The notes under the pieces: generated by a model
Databases searched by the model: none
What the model was told of the DNA's origin: nothing
The model's input: only the letters and a program-made list of their open reading frames with translations
Source: Bugula neritina
Lineage: Eukaryota; Animalia; Bryozoa
Length of the DNA stretch: 64,000 nucleotides
Assembly: GCA_964035545.1 (NCBI GenBank)
Contig: OZ037768.1
Span: 17,095,875 to 17,159,874, forward strand
Direction: 5' to 3'
Program-made: the position numbers and the translations under genes
Part shown: positions 24,091 to 37,500 of the stretch, one piece after another
Numbering within the stretch: the stretch's first letter is position 1
How the letters are laid out: each line of letters starts with the position of its first letter

Positions 24091-27000
24091 TTATTTTTAT
24101 GAAATAGTTATAATATGTATAAAATATATTTATTTTATTACTACAATTTAAAAGAAAATATTGTTGTTTAGTCAATAAAATATTTCTTGTTTACTACTAG
24201 TACTATTAGTGTAAGTAAAATTTATGTTTTCAGCTTTTTTATTATTTATTTATTGTTTCTACTTCTAGACCTAGTAGTAGTAGTAGCAGTAGTAGTAGTA
24301 CGAATAGTACTAGTACTAGTAATAGTAGTAGTACTAGTAATAGTAGTAGTAGTAGTAGTAGTAGCACTTGTAACTTACTCTTACTTTTAGCCTGACTTTT
24401 AGTAGTAACACTAACTATTACTTTTACTATTGCCATTGCATTGGTGTAACTGTAAGTATAGCTATAAGTTATACTGTATAAGTATTGCATTTAATTTTAA
24501 TATACTAAACTTAAAGTTATAGTGATAGTCTATAGTTATAGTATAACTATAAGTATTTATTTATAAGTATAAGTATAACTAGTATAAGTATCTGTATTAC
24601 CATTACATTAGTATTGGTATTGTTCAAAGGTACTGTCGGTGTCACTTATTTTTGAATACCTTTGAAATTTGAAGATATCGCACCCTTAGCACTCGGGAAC
24701 ACTCAAGGTTATACTTATAGTTATAGTCTATAGAACTAGAAGTACCTCATTTATTTTACAGTTATGAGTTAAACTTTTAGTGTTCTACTTATTCATGTTA
24801 TGAAAATGGTGGAATTTTAATTTATATCAAATGGAAATTTAAAGGAAAGTTGTTAAAATTATAATAATTATAATAGTTATATTATTAATAATCACAATGA
24901 TAATGAGTATGTGAAATTTAAATGGAATATAAATATTGATTTACATTATCTACTTCTAGATGAAAAAAAATTCATGTAAGTTCATAGTAATACTAATACT
25001 AATGGTAATAGTATCAATCGTTATCCCTGTGAGTGTGGGAGCCCCTGAGGCTGACGGAAAGGATTTTACGGTAAAGCGGCTAAGAAATTGTTTCTAGTGT
25101 GGCACAGGACTCAGAAGCATTCATGGATGAACTAGGATGCTCTTCCTAAAATTCCCGCCAGTGTTTGGTGTTAACTAGGCCAGCATTCTAAATACTACTT
25201 GGTGTTTTTAGTTCTAAATAATGAATATTTATGCACCTAGATTTAACTCGCCTCCTAACTCCCTCCACCCTTCCCGGCTTGCTAGAGTTTTAAGCTGTAA
25301 CTCAGTGGCGAACATCGCTGATGCCAAATTTCTATTTGAGGTTAGCAATAAATCGGATGGCTTGGTTTGGACAGGTTCAATTTCCTCACACTTGCTTTTG
25401 TGAGTTGATTCTCACAATGTGTATGCATGTTCAAGATCAGGCCTACATATACTTGAGTATGCAATTTATGTTGCTTTCGTGGGAGCTTGTAGATTGTATA
25501 CATGTTTAATACAACTAAGTACTTAGCTCGGGTTGTTGACTTTAAATGTAGTATGTTTGTTAAATTTCAGATTAGATTGCATGAATGCAGTTACACCAAA
25601 GTATTTGGTCTCTTTGACTGCTTTGAGAGTGTATATATATAGATGGAATGTATGATTGGTTTTCCCAAATATGATAACTTTTTACGTGTCAGTGATAAAT
25701 AGCATTTTTCTTTAAGTGACCAGCTATAAAGTGAGCCTAGGTCTCGCTGAAGAGCTTGTCTTTTATTTCATTGTCAACCTTGGCATATATGAGTGTATCA
25801 TCTGCGTATAGACTCACTTTCAGTGTAACAGATTGGGAAGATCTTTAATGTAGAGAAAAGTGTTGGCTGTTTGTTGAGGACTCCAAATGTTGCACTTATT
25901 TCAGACTATCCTGTCCCTCTAATCCCGACTCAGTATAAGTTTAACACTGCAATTGTTCAATCATCAGTTACTTTTAAATTGAATAAAATTTACCCATATC
26001 TTCTCTCATATAATTGCAGTATTTGCTATGCTGATTTGTGAATTAAATGTACATGCAATTATGCTAAATTATATTGCAATCTTAATTGAAATCATAACCA
26101 ATAACATCATTTTTTTAAATTGAATTTGATAATGATCACACTCACTAAGTCTAACTCGCAGTGTCAATGTAGTTTTAGAATAACAATAATAATCAGTTAA
26201 ATCTATTTATTAAGTTGGTGTATTTTTTATGATACAACTCTCGCATGAGTCACTGTAAAATTTATTTTAGTATTGGTTTGTACAATATGATTTAATTAAT
26301 GTTATTAGAAGACACAAAGAGTGAATGTAGAACATCTGAATGGGCCTAGGGATCTAGGGATCATTTATTTTTAAAAATACATTTTGCATTTTGGAGGACA
26401 CTTTTGCATGACCATGACTAATTTTTTTTTAAATCTTTTAAATTATTGTATTTATGATCAACAAATCTCAAATTATTTACTGATATAAAAACCACCTAGG
26501 TGAGAAGTTCTGAAGTGACCACATCTGTAATCTATTTACTTGAAACAACATTGCACAATATTCCTAATACTTATAATGCTAGACAAATGGACAAGTAACA
26601 TTTTTGGTTTAATTTGATAATAATGAAATTACAGGTGCTATTGAATCAAATAGTTTTAGTGATCTTCCCAACTAAACTTATACTAAGCAATGTCACTAAC
26701 CATTAGAAATCGATGAAAAATTAGGGTTGTATGCTCTTTATTATTTTTTTGAAAAATACATTTGGCAATATGTTTTGAATATGAAAATTTTTAAATGTTT
26801 CTGCTGAACGAGATCGTTCATATTTATAGCTAGTTTCTATTAACATTCCTTTTATGTTTCAATATCACTACATTTCTCTATGATGTACCAGAGTTACAAT
26901 TCAAAGTCATATTTTTAAATCACTATTGCAGTTTCATTTTATAAGCCACTTGTGAATTCATTGTGGCATGTGCCCACGAGGTGTCATTAGTTTGCTCTAA

Positions 27001-30000
27001 TTTGTTTTCAGAAGTCAACTTCAATAAAAATGCTATTGAAGAGTACAAGTGTGATGCGAACCTCGTCATTCAGCTAAAGTTGGGTTAGTGAATCTGAAAT
27101 ATTTTCTATTCTGCTACTTTTTAAAACTCCAAATTTAAACTGGCCTGGTGTTTTCCATGTATACACGTGTATAATTTATCGGCTCAATATTGTATGATAG
27201 AGAGTTCTATATATCATGTAGGTTTGTTTATTATTATTCAAATCTCTTAACTTCCATCAACACAAGAGGTTGAACATTAAGGTAATATATATATGCCCAT
27301 GTCACTGACATGTATGTATAAGTCTACAAGTGTTTGTTTATAATATAAGCCACTACTCAGCCTTTTAAACCTCAATTTTATTTAGTGAAATCAGCTGAAG
27401 ATGTCGAGGAAGGTCCTTGCTTTTATCCGGAAATGAGTCATCAAGTGTTTGGAAGCAGGCAACGACATTATATTCTGTTTCTTTAGCTTATCTATTAGCA
27501 TTATTGGTGTTCTTGCTTTATTTTATGTTGCAAAATGATTAATATTGTATCAGTTATTTCTTATTGCAAAGTGTTGCTTATTTTAAAAACCATGGTGTGC
27601 TCATTTTAATTTTATAACACCATATAATGAAAATATTGACTTCCGTCAACCATGTTTTATATGATTTTAAATTTTTTTCTTCAAATCAACTGGTTACTAT
27701 TTTTGTATTTTGCAGTGAAACTATATTTGGTTACAAGGACCTTGAGGTAAAGATGTATTACTCAGCATCTAAACTGACTACTTACATCAACATCAACTAC
27801 AAGGAAATTATTATACCACAAGATTTTGATGGTGTGCAGGTATGTGAGGAGTTTAGTTATAGGTAAGATTATATTGTTATGGTGTTATATTACTATTATG
27901 TGTTCATTCAAGTAGCATTTTATCATCAGTGACAATGTGTCTTCTTTGTGTTACTTTGTAGCCAGATGATGTGTTGCAAGCTCTCTCCAAATTTGTTCCT
28001 CCTGGGTTTTACACAAATAAAGATGCATTTATTGCATCACTTGAGAAAGAAAAGTATTTTACTCCATTTGGAGAGAAGCTACATTCTTACACCCACACCA
28101 CAGGTATAGTGCTATAGATATTTCTCATGTTTCAGTTAAAGTTGATTTGATTTTATCTATCAGAAAAAAAATTTACAGTAAGTTGTTGGGTCACTAAATT
28201 TGGGGTGAGATCACAGGCTATGCTGCAAACTAAATACTAGATTCATAAAATCACAGCTAATCCTGTAGAGTGGTGGTAATAGCTTTTCCAATTAATTTTT
28301 TACTGGTAGAGATGAAGTCAACGTAACTTTTAAATTAATTTAATAATTAGAAATAAAGTTGTTTACACTTGCAAGTGAATTACACTATATTTTGTTAATG
28401 TGTTACAATGGGGGGAAAGACACAGGGTTATCATCACCTGTTAAAGTGTGAGGTTGTACTATTAGTAATAGGTTGAGTTTTTAACCAAAGGTGTTGGTGA
28501 TGCAAATTGTGATGTACAAGTTGGCCATGACCTAATAAAACTGAGTAGTCAATATTGAAATAAATAACAGTATGATTATACTTTTATAGGAAAAGTATTG
28601 CATAGTTGTAAGCGTTTGTTATATTTTACTTTTCCTTAACACTTTAGTTTTTATAAGATAAACTATGAGCGGTCCTAATAGAACTACATTACCATACAGC
28701 ATAATTGATATATACATTATTATTTACAATGCATTTTCAGCTAGATTGGGTATGAACCTAGGAGTATAACTACGCTGGATGATATTATTAGTAGTAATAT
28801 AATAAGTATTATGAGTTTTGCTAATTTAATTGCTAATGCTGATTACCATGGCTACAGCAGGGTTGGGGTAATTGTAATTTGTAATTGTAATTGATTGTAA
28901 TTAATTACATTTTTTCAAGTAATTGAATGTAATTTGTAATTGATATATAAAAATGTAATTGTAATTAATTACATATCTAAGGTAATTGATTTTTACAATT
29001 ACTTTATAATTACATGTCAATTACTTTAAACTTTGAAATCTTAAAAATTTCATTCTTTTCCGGCAATGCCAGTATTCTCTTTCATAGGATTTGTGATATG
29101 AAGGAAATTTTTTTAAAAACATTTCAGCTTTCTCAGATTTTATAATCAGGGCCACGTTTAGATATTTTTTAACATTTTATCATTCTTAAAATTAGCATAA
29201 AGGCCCAAATTTTTTCGTAGTTGGCACTGATGAACCAAAAAATTTAAACTTCTTTATGCATTTTCAACTTGGTTTATATCCAGTATAGTAATGAATAAGA
29301 ATGATATTTACCTTATCATTTTAGACAATGTTACAAGACATTTTGAAATATATAAGAACACAGGTAATGCACCTGGTTTTAAAGCATTCCATGAAAGGCT
29401 GCAAACTTTTCTCATCTGGTATGTTGATGCTGCGTCATTTATAGACATGGATGATGAGAGATGGATGTTCTACATAATGTAAGTGCAGCAACCGTTTCTA
29501 TTGCAAAATTTCCGGATAAGTTTTGAATATTATATGCAATACTTCAGACACAGTTGTAACTAAGCTACAACGAATCCATTATATTCTTGTTTCCGCTTAA
29601 GTTTCTTGTTCCAACAACGTATGTTGCTTATATTAGTTGTATGGCATTGAAAAAGAATCTAGTTACTTTCATCGAAATAATGTTCTACGTTTTGAGTTAC
29701 CATATTGTTCTGAATTTCTGCTCGTTAGTCCCAAACTCCAGATCTGTATAATTCAGTAGTTTTCTTGGCTTTAACTCCGCATCATGCATAGGGATGTGTT
29801 GTAGTGTTCATTTGCGTCAGGTTAATTTTATTGTACAATTTGGCTATACTCAGTTTTCTATTGGGAGTTGTTTCACTCTGTTGATTGACTGAAATTGACT
29901 TACTGAAATAAAATCCGAAACTCTAGCAAAGCAACATGTTGAGTAATAAATGTTATTAGCTGAGAAGGTATTACCTTACCTCAAGTTTATCTATTAAGTA

Positions 30001-33000
30001 TAATTATTTTCTTATGTTGTAGCTATGAGAAAGTTCAAAGTCCATGTGGCTCCACATTCTACCATGTTGTTGGTTACCAGACTGTATACAGATACTATGC
30101 CTATCCTTTCATGGAGAGGCCGAGAATCAGGTATATGTGCACTCAAAGTGGTGAACACAACAATACTAATTTACTTTACAGTAATTTTGTTGCTTTTTCT
30201 GGTTATGGTTTTATAAAAAGTATTAGGTCATGGGTTCGAGCCCGACAAAGACCATTGGTGATGTTTGGAAGAGCATCCAGTCATAATTGCTCCTGTACCA
30301 CATCTGAATATGTCTTTAGCCTGATTTAACAAAAATCCCTTCCATTAGGGTTTTCTCACAGGGATGGTGACTATAAACTTCTGTGGGTTTTATTAGATAA
30401 TTTGCACAACTGAAGAGTCGAGTGTGAAGTAATAGTAGAAGTTGTTTTATCTTAGTCAAAGTCACTCATCATAAATGAAACTTATTACAGAGATACTCTG
30501 TTGCCTCAGCTATGTGTTCTGTTCTCAGCCAGGTCCTGGTTTTACCTCCGTTCCAAAAACAAGGTCATGGGGCGGAGCTACTGCAGACATTTTATACAGA
30601 GTGCTGGTCAAATAGCGACATACTAGACATCACAGGTAACTCTACTCTTCATGCCTTGCAGGTAATATTTTACCTGACAGGTAATATTAGTCCTACCATA
30701 CAGGTTTAAACAGAACCTCATATGTATGATTTCTGGCTACTGGTAATACAGTAGGGTAATTTATTTACAGTGGAAGATCCCTCTGAAGATTACCAGAGAG
30801 TGAGAGATTTCGTAGATACAAGAAATTGTATGGAACTGGAATCATTTTCACCAGAAAATATTCAACATGGATTCACTAAAGAAATTGCGCAGGAAGCTCG
30901 GGAAAAGCTCAAGATAAATAAGGTGAGGGACTGAGTTAGGGGGATTTTCTTCTCTGGTTATTTGTGACATAAATTCCATTTGCCAGCCTCACTAAAACCT
31001 TATTTTTCTATTTGCAGTTGATATAGATTAGCTCGTTTACTGCTTTTGTAATTTTTGCACTTGGACAACCATACAAATCTCTAAGGATTTAATAATTTGT
31101 AAAAGTTTATCTGAATACTAAAGAAAAAAGTTGTGTCAAGGTTTTCATCTCTGCAGCTTTTTACTTAATTGGTAGTTGTGTACACATGGCAATAATATAT
31201 TTGGTTTTGAATACTGGTATAGTAAGTTACAAGTTTTTCAAAGAGTGTTACTAACTACTAATTTCACACTTTCTAGATTATAGGGTTCTAATATAATATT
31301 TTAATGGCAGTTCTTTATATTATGTGACTGTCAACATTGTATGTTTCTTACATATTATTTGGGAGTAGATTTTGTAAGCCACAAGTAAATTTAGGCAGTT
31401 GAGCTTTCTGATACTACTAATATTATACGTGACTCTTCTTTTCAGAATCAGAGCAGACGAATCTATGAAATCATAAGGTTAAAGTTCAGTACAACACCTG
31501 ACTTACTCCGAAGCTATCGCCTTGATGTCAAACGAAGGTTACATCAGCCATTTCAGGTATTAGAGTGACGGGATAAATATTTCAGTTTTCAGTTAGTCTA
31601 GCTTGTATTCTAGGTGTTGACTATAGCTTATTTAACTTTTATATGAAGTAGTTAAATAAAATCAGTGGCTGTCTTCATAATGGCACATCGTATCTTATAT
31701 ACCATTCTGTGTCTCGTTGTGTCCCTCAACATCGCTATCTATTAGGTATTTGGCAGGAAGTAACCATGGAGTTTGCAACAACTTTCTAATACTCGAAAAG
31801 TGTTTCGAGTAGTCTCTTTCATATCAAATATATTTTTTGTAACTATTAAATTGTTAGGAGGCAGCCAGATGAACTTGCTGATGACACACTGCTAGTATAA
31901 GATCAATTGCAAGAAGTAATAGTAATAATAGTACCAATAGTTTTAAGTTTTAGTATTATGAAGCACAATGCCTATAAATACTGGTCTGTATTTAAGATTC
32001 AAGTAGAGGCGGAATGCTTAGTAATAGTATGCATATGAAACCAGAAAACACCTGTTACAGTGGAGTTGATACATATATACATAGTTATTGAGGTATTATT
32101 TTATTGAGTTAGTTATTTATCATATTGATGAATGTTTCACCATTGCTCAATGGCAATATTTGAGTGTACTAACAATTAACTGCTATTATTGATTGTGTCA
32201 CAATTCAACTGATAGTCCCCTACCATTTACCTAGACTCACTAAAACTAAATGAATAGAACTTCCCTGTGATGTTAGCTAATCTCCACATGGTTACCTGTT
32301 TTGAAACTATTTATTGTTTCCTATCTATTCCAAGGAATATCATTTGGTCTACAGATCTGTGTGCAGTCCCAAGAGTTTCAATTACTATGGTTGGTGACTT
32401 TTGCTTAGGTTTTTCATACCCAGTAGATTGTAGTGCCAGATCCTGTTATTTTCTATCCCCTCGGCTTTCTATTTCACCTGGTGGTCATTCTATGTGTTGA
32501 TAACCGGCTGCATTACACTTGTCAACTAACACAATATCAAACCCTGACATCTGTTATTTTTGTAGTTAAAATCTAACAAAATCTTCAATTTGTCACATTT
32601 CATTACTGGCTCTGCTCAATATATAAACTAGTTTTTTGTTCTTATGAAATGGGAAGATTCTAAGCGGCGTCTAGTAAATTATTGCCACCACATGGCTAAC
32701 TTTTCACACTTACTCAGTATATGCATCACAGTTTTATCCCTTACAATATTATTGCTTATCACTCTGGTACATATTCACTGATGATTTGTTGTGGCTGGTT
32801 TTTAACATTCAGTTTTGTATAAGCATTCAATGTTTGCAAGAATTTTGATTGTTTTAAGCAGGTTAAATGTTAAACAAGCTCTCTGTGTATGTGGTTCTAT
32901 TTTACCTGCATGTCATAGCAAGTTTAAGTAAATAAACAGCAGGCATACTATAATGCAAACATTTGAATTGCACTGTGATAAAATAGAAGCAAAAAGTTTA

Positions 33001-34038
33001 GAGCAGACGGCTAAGTCTCTCAAAATAACCAGCTGTTTTATTAGTTAATTTGTGGGTGAAACAGGTTGAGGGTTTTTGCAGTCAAAACTTTTGAATAAGA
33101 TTAACCACTAAATACTAAAAGTTTACCAATGATAAAAAATGTATGATAACATCCTTATTTGAAATGTATCACAAACGAATGTATAATACTGGTACAGCAG
33201 CATACTAGAGTGGTGTTGTGATGTACTTTGTAGCTTGCAGTGGTCAGGTTGCTGTTTTTGTTACTATAAAATTGGCTATAAGGCAACTATCATTTTATCA
33301 ATTTGGCACATATATTAGAGATGAAAAGTATATAAAATTTTCTGTATATTAGCAAAATTGCATTGTATTGTGTGAATTGTAATCAGCTGGAATTATTGAA
33401 TTTCATATTTATTACTTGCTAGAATGTTCCATTGTTTTATAACAACTTTAACTCCATATGCTCAGCAATAAAGTATGTGTTGCTCTAAGTACAGGTGTAA
33501 TAGCTGGGAAAATTCAGTTCAACTATCGACACAACTTTAGCCTAGAAAAGTTTTCTAAAAAGTAGCTTCACAACTTTGGGGTTTTTATGTATAATCTGAT
33601 CTTTTGTTATTCAAAATAATATGGGCTTCTCATTATTGGTGTTATTTATCTACGCATACTCCCTTTGTGTTATGTTACACCATAGGATTCTGTAAATATA
33701 CTGATCAATAGAGGGTGAATAGATAGCCCTGGTGAGGGAATGTTTTATAGTTGTATTAATGGTTGCATAGTGCAAACTTGGTTTCAGTTGACCTCCCCAG
33801 TACCCAACTTACTGTTTATACTATTCCACATTATTTATTCTGTGTAGGCCAACTTCAAATACAATTATATTTGCAGACGACTGCTAAAGAATCAAGTAAG
33901 CTCAAAGCACTCACCAGTCCAGGGGGAGGTGATTCCCAAATCTCCAAGAAGCAGAAACATGAAATACTCGAAAAGTTGTATAATGAATGTGTTGTGGCCT
34001 ACAGACATATACTGGAAAAAGTTGCAGCATCTATTTAA
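24078..34038 (+). CDS. HAT1: Histone acetyltransferase type B catalytic subunit
   Basis: Exons 24078-24084 (in-frame ATG also at 24069), 27012-27083 (EEYKCDAN), 27386-27458, 27716-27839 (ETIFGYKDL), 27962-28103, 29325-29478 (HERLQTFLIWYVDAASFID), ~30023-30131 (RPRI), ~30529-30635 (SQVLVLPPFQKQGHG), 30770-30922 (VEDPSEDYQRVRDFVD), 31446-31556, 33878-34038. Confidence 0.93.
24190..25015. repeat. Triplet-periodic tract at the start of HAT1 intron 1
   Basis: (AGT)n, (TATAAG/TATAGT)n, (AAT)n starting ~100 bp after the first donor. Confidence 0.85.
25015..25200 (-). mobile_element. Divergent (older subfamily) copy of the same SINE
   Basis: Reverse complement has GGAAGAGCATCC, CTTAGCCG, CCTTTCCGTCAG and CTCACAGGGATAACGAT, collinear with the young copies. 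Confidence 0.6.
25260..25920 (-). mobile_element. Decayed CR1/L2-type LINE reverse-transcriptase fragment
   Basis: Minus-strand translation pieces VSLYADDTLIYA (~25790-25820), IAYSSICRPDLEHA and NQAIRFIANLK resemble the LINE at 56988-58210. Contains stops and frameshifts. Confidence 0.75.
28858..29030. mobile_element. Probable end of a non-autonomous DNA transposon with subterminal GTAATT/AATTAC repeats
   Basis: CAGGGTTGGGG terminus followed by many GTAATTG/AATTAC direct and inverted units. No partner TIR found. Confidence 0.55.
30226..30390 (+). mobile_element. 5'-truncated tRNA-derived SINE
   Basis: Starts at the B-box (GGTCATGGGTTCGAGCCC). Body and tail are collinear with 48721-48931. 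Confidence 0.87.
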
Positions 34039-34599
34039 TGCCAGCACCATTTATAAATCATGTTTTTATTTTGATAAACCTTGTATTTTAACTTGTAGCC
34101 TGAAAAACTTTTTTTTCCAACACTAAAATTGATTCTGTTATCAGTTATGAGTATTTTGTATTGGTAAATTTATATCAGTTGATAAAGTTACCTAAAGCCT
34201 GATTTTTTTTAATAGTTACGAGTACTTTTAATTAAAATACCTAAGCACAAACAAGATACTCGATCAATATTTCTACTACAATACTGCCAACTTGGCAGTA
34301 ACGAATTAAAGTTTTATTTGGTAAGCAGCCTTATATTATAGTTGCTCAACTGGCAGAGTTTAAAAGAAATATTTACAGGTGAAAAAGGAGACAGCAATTG
34401 AAGTTGTGACTTACTACAGATTTAAAAAATATAAATGCATATATGAAATGGCTTATTAACAAAATATCAGTCCATAATATTTTACAACAATGTGTTCTAC
34501 ATATCTTTACAAGTTGTGAATGGTATCTATATACAGAAATCTGGCTAATCTACACAGTGTAAGTTAATCATTGGCTAGTAGGTCCACTAAAAAACCGAG

Positions 34600-37500
34600 T
34601 CAGGTCTTGGAAAGTTTGAGTACAAGAGAACTTTTTTCCTCAATAGTCTGTTCTGGGTTGATAACTTTCCATTGTTGAGCGCTAAAGTTTTCCCATGATT
34701 TTTTAGGCAACCTTGGTTTAGATGAGAGCCCTTCTGCTTCTTTGTCATTCAACGGGAAAGTTCGCTTAGGCCAAGGGGCAGCACTGCGATGATCCATTGT
34801 GAATAGAGGGACAGCGTTGTCCCGCCTAGTCCGGTTGCCTGCTACAAAATTAAGTCTTCATTCAAGTCTACATTTGCAAAAATCAGGTCTTGAACTGCAG
34901 ATATATGATAAAGTAAAAGCAATAATATTGTGAACTTAGAAATGTTTAGAACTTGGGTTATAGGAAAAGTAATATAGGCACTTCTGATGAATGGAACCAT
35001 TTTGGTTCATTTCAAGAGAGTTTTCAGTAAGTTAAAACTTGCAATACAAATATAGTTCTGTTGGTTTAAACTTTAAAGTCTTTAAACAAATTACAGTATG
35101 CACTGGCTTAATAAAGGGAGACAGATGGTGAAGAGAGGAAATTTTCTCTTACTATATGAGAGATGACAACAAACACCTCACAATACATGTATAGAAATAA
35201 ATTCTAGTAGCTTTTCATGGACTTTAACACTTCATTTCATGTTACTACAACAAGCTTGTATTTCATTTGCACTATTTAGTAAGGTTGATAGAGTAATAAC
35301 AACAATTAGCAAGTTGATGCAATGGTGATGAAATACCCAATAATATAATGAGAAGGCAGTCCATGCAGCAACTAAGCTGTACACACTATTATAGCACACA
35401 CTTGCCTGTGAAAGAACTGCTACGTTGTCTATCAGCCACAGACAGCTCATCTTTTATCTGTGCAGAATCATGAGAAGAACTGAGTGGCAATGACGATGGC
35501 ATGCTGCTGGCAAGTGAGTTAGTTGACATTACATTCGCTTGCTGAAAGCTGTCCACCGAAACATCAGGCGACAAAACCTCAGGTGGAGTAGGCGTTGCTT
35601 TGTGTGCTGGAGCAGCCAGTGTGGCACTCTGAGTTCTAGCCCGCCTACCAGATGTCACAAAGTTCATATATCGGGCTTTCTCCTTGGTCTCAAGTATGCT
35701 GTGTCTGGCTATATATCTATGCTCTGACAGATTTTCAATCTAAAATACAGTTATGATCTAGAATACAGTTGCAATCTAAAATACGGTTACAATCTAAAAA
35801 TACAGTTACAATCTAAAATACGGTTACAATATAAAATACAGTTGCAATCTAAAATACAGTTGCAATCTAAAATACAGTTGCAATCTAAAATACAGTTACA
35901 ATCTAAAATACAGCTACAATTATTTGGACATGCCCACACAGATACACACAACCGCCTGCAGGTCTATCAGTAGAATACCATGTGCTGATCTACACACCTC
36001 CTGAGAAGAGAGCGAGGGAGAGAAAGACTGATGGCTGTCAACAGAGTCCACCACCAACTGTCCTCGGTCAGTTTCCTCACTTGCCACATCACCACCGACG
36101 AGGGAGGGTGGTACACCTGGAAAGCTGTGATCTGAGGCAGCAGGAGTCATTGGAGTGACAGCTAAGGACACTGAAGAAGATCTGCGACGCAGCTGTTCAT
36201 GCACTGTACTCCCATTAACAGTAAATTCTCGCCATCTAAATTAGAATGCATTTCATGCGTTTAGAATGCGTTATGAATATAGAGTGTAGACATTCTAGAC
36301 ACAGTGCTGTGCTGATATCAAACTGGATAAACTTGTCAAATAATAGATAAAAGTCTCTCCCAGCTGTGTGTGGAATAAACTGCATAGCAGAGCTGTAGTG
36401 CAGTAGTTGGAGTTTATATTAACAATGCAATAGGTGAGCACCTACCGAGGTGTATCAATTTCCTTGTATTGCAACTTTTCCACTCGAGTGGTAGAGGCAA
36501 TATGATAAGGTATTACGATGTCATCGATGTCGTAGGAGTGAGAGCGCTTGTTCACAGCAGATGAGGTTTTATTCAGCTCACTAGCTGGAGCGCTTTGCGA
36601 GAGAGCCATTTCAGCATGCCTAAATTCCACCTCATCTTCATCTCCACCAACATTCAAAATAGGTTTATTCCTTAACCGCCCTACAGTACACCAGAACTTA
36701 TGAATAGTCAACCAAATTTGACAAATCAATAAAATCGCCCTACCATACAAAGCTGAAAATGTCAATATAAAGAAATTTAAACATGATGAATTTTTATGGA
36801 TTTTGACATAGTTTTAGCTTAAATAATTAGACTTTCAGGGAAACTTGTGTAAACTAGTATTTGTGGAAGTTTCTTTAGCCTAAAGCAAAGCATTTAACAC
36901 AATGAAGAGTTATGCCAGCATAAATCAAATCAACTTCTCTACCATATTTCTTTTTGCTTTTCAACTTCTTCTGTAACTTCTGCTTCTTTACATTGCATCC
37001 TGGTATGTATTCTGGCGAATTGTTTAATGACTTTCTCTCTACAACACCAAGTCAATATATTTTTCCAAATATTGAATTTATTATACACAGAGAGGAGCTC
37101 GTTCTCATAATCAAAGCAATTAAAAAAGGAAGTATAGCATACTTCTGGCATTTTCTTTCTCTAGAGCTTTTTTCTTCTTTATAGCCAATTTCCTGAAAAA
37201 AATATTACAAGTGTTGAAAGGACACAACATAACATAACATACACATTTAATGAGTACTAGGAGTGGTGTTTAGCTTGCATATATTTGAAAAGAAACCCAT
37301 ATATTCACAGTTGATGAACAAAGTTATTATTTATGATGGTACATGTATAACATTTTCATAAAACCTAAATGCATTTTCAAGTATACACAAAAGTAAACGC
37401 ATACATTTATTGAAACATATAAAATGAAACATGGCATTGATATTGTTAATGTTGGAACAGTTGATCATATAACAACTTCTAGAGATTACTATAACTACAT

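Noticed and set aside
25020-25920. GC-richer block considered as a structured ncRNA (RNase P/7SK-like)
   Set aside because: Explained by a divergent SINE plus a decayed LINE RT (YADD motif) on the minus strand.
35736-35920. Possible CRISPR-like array
   Set aside because: Head-to-tail tandem units with no unique spacers, in a eukaryotic intron and with no cas genes.
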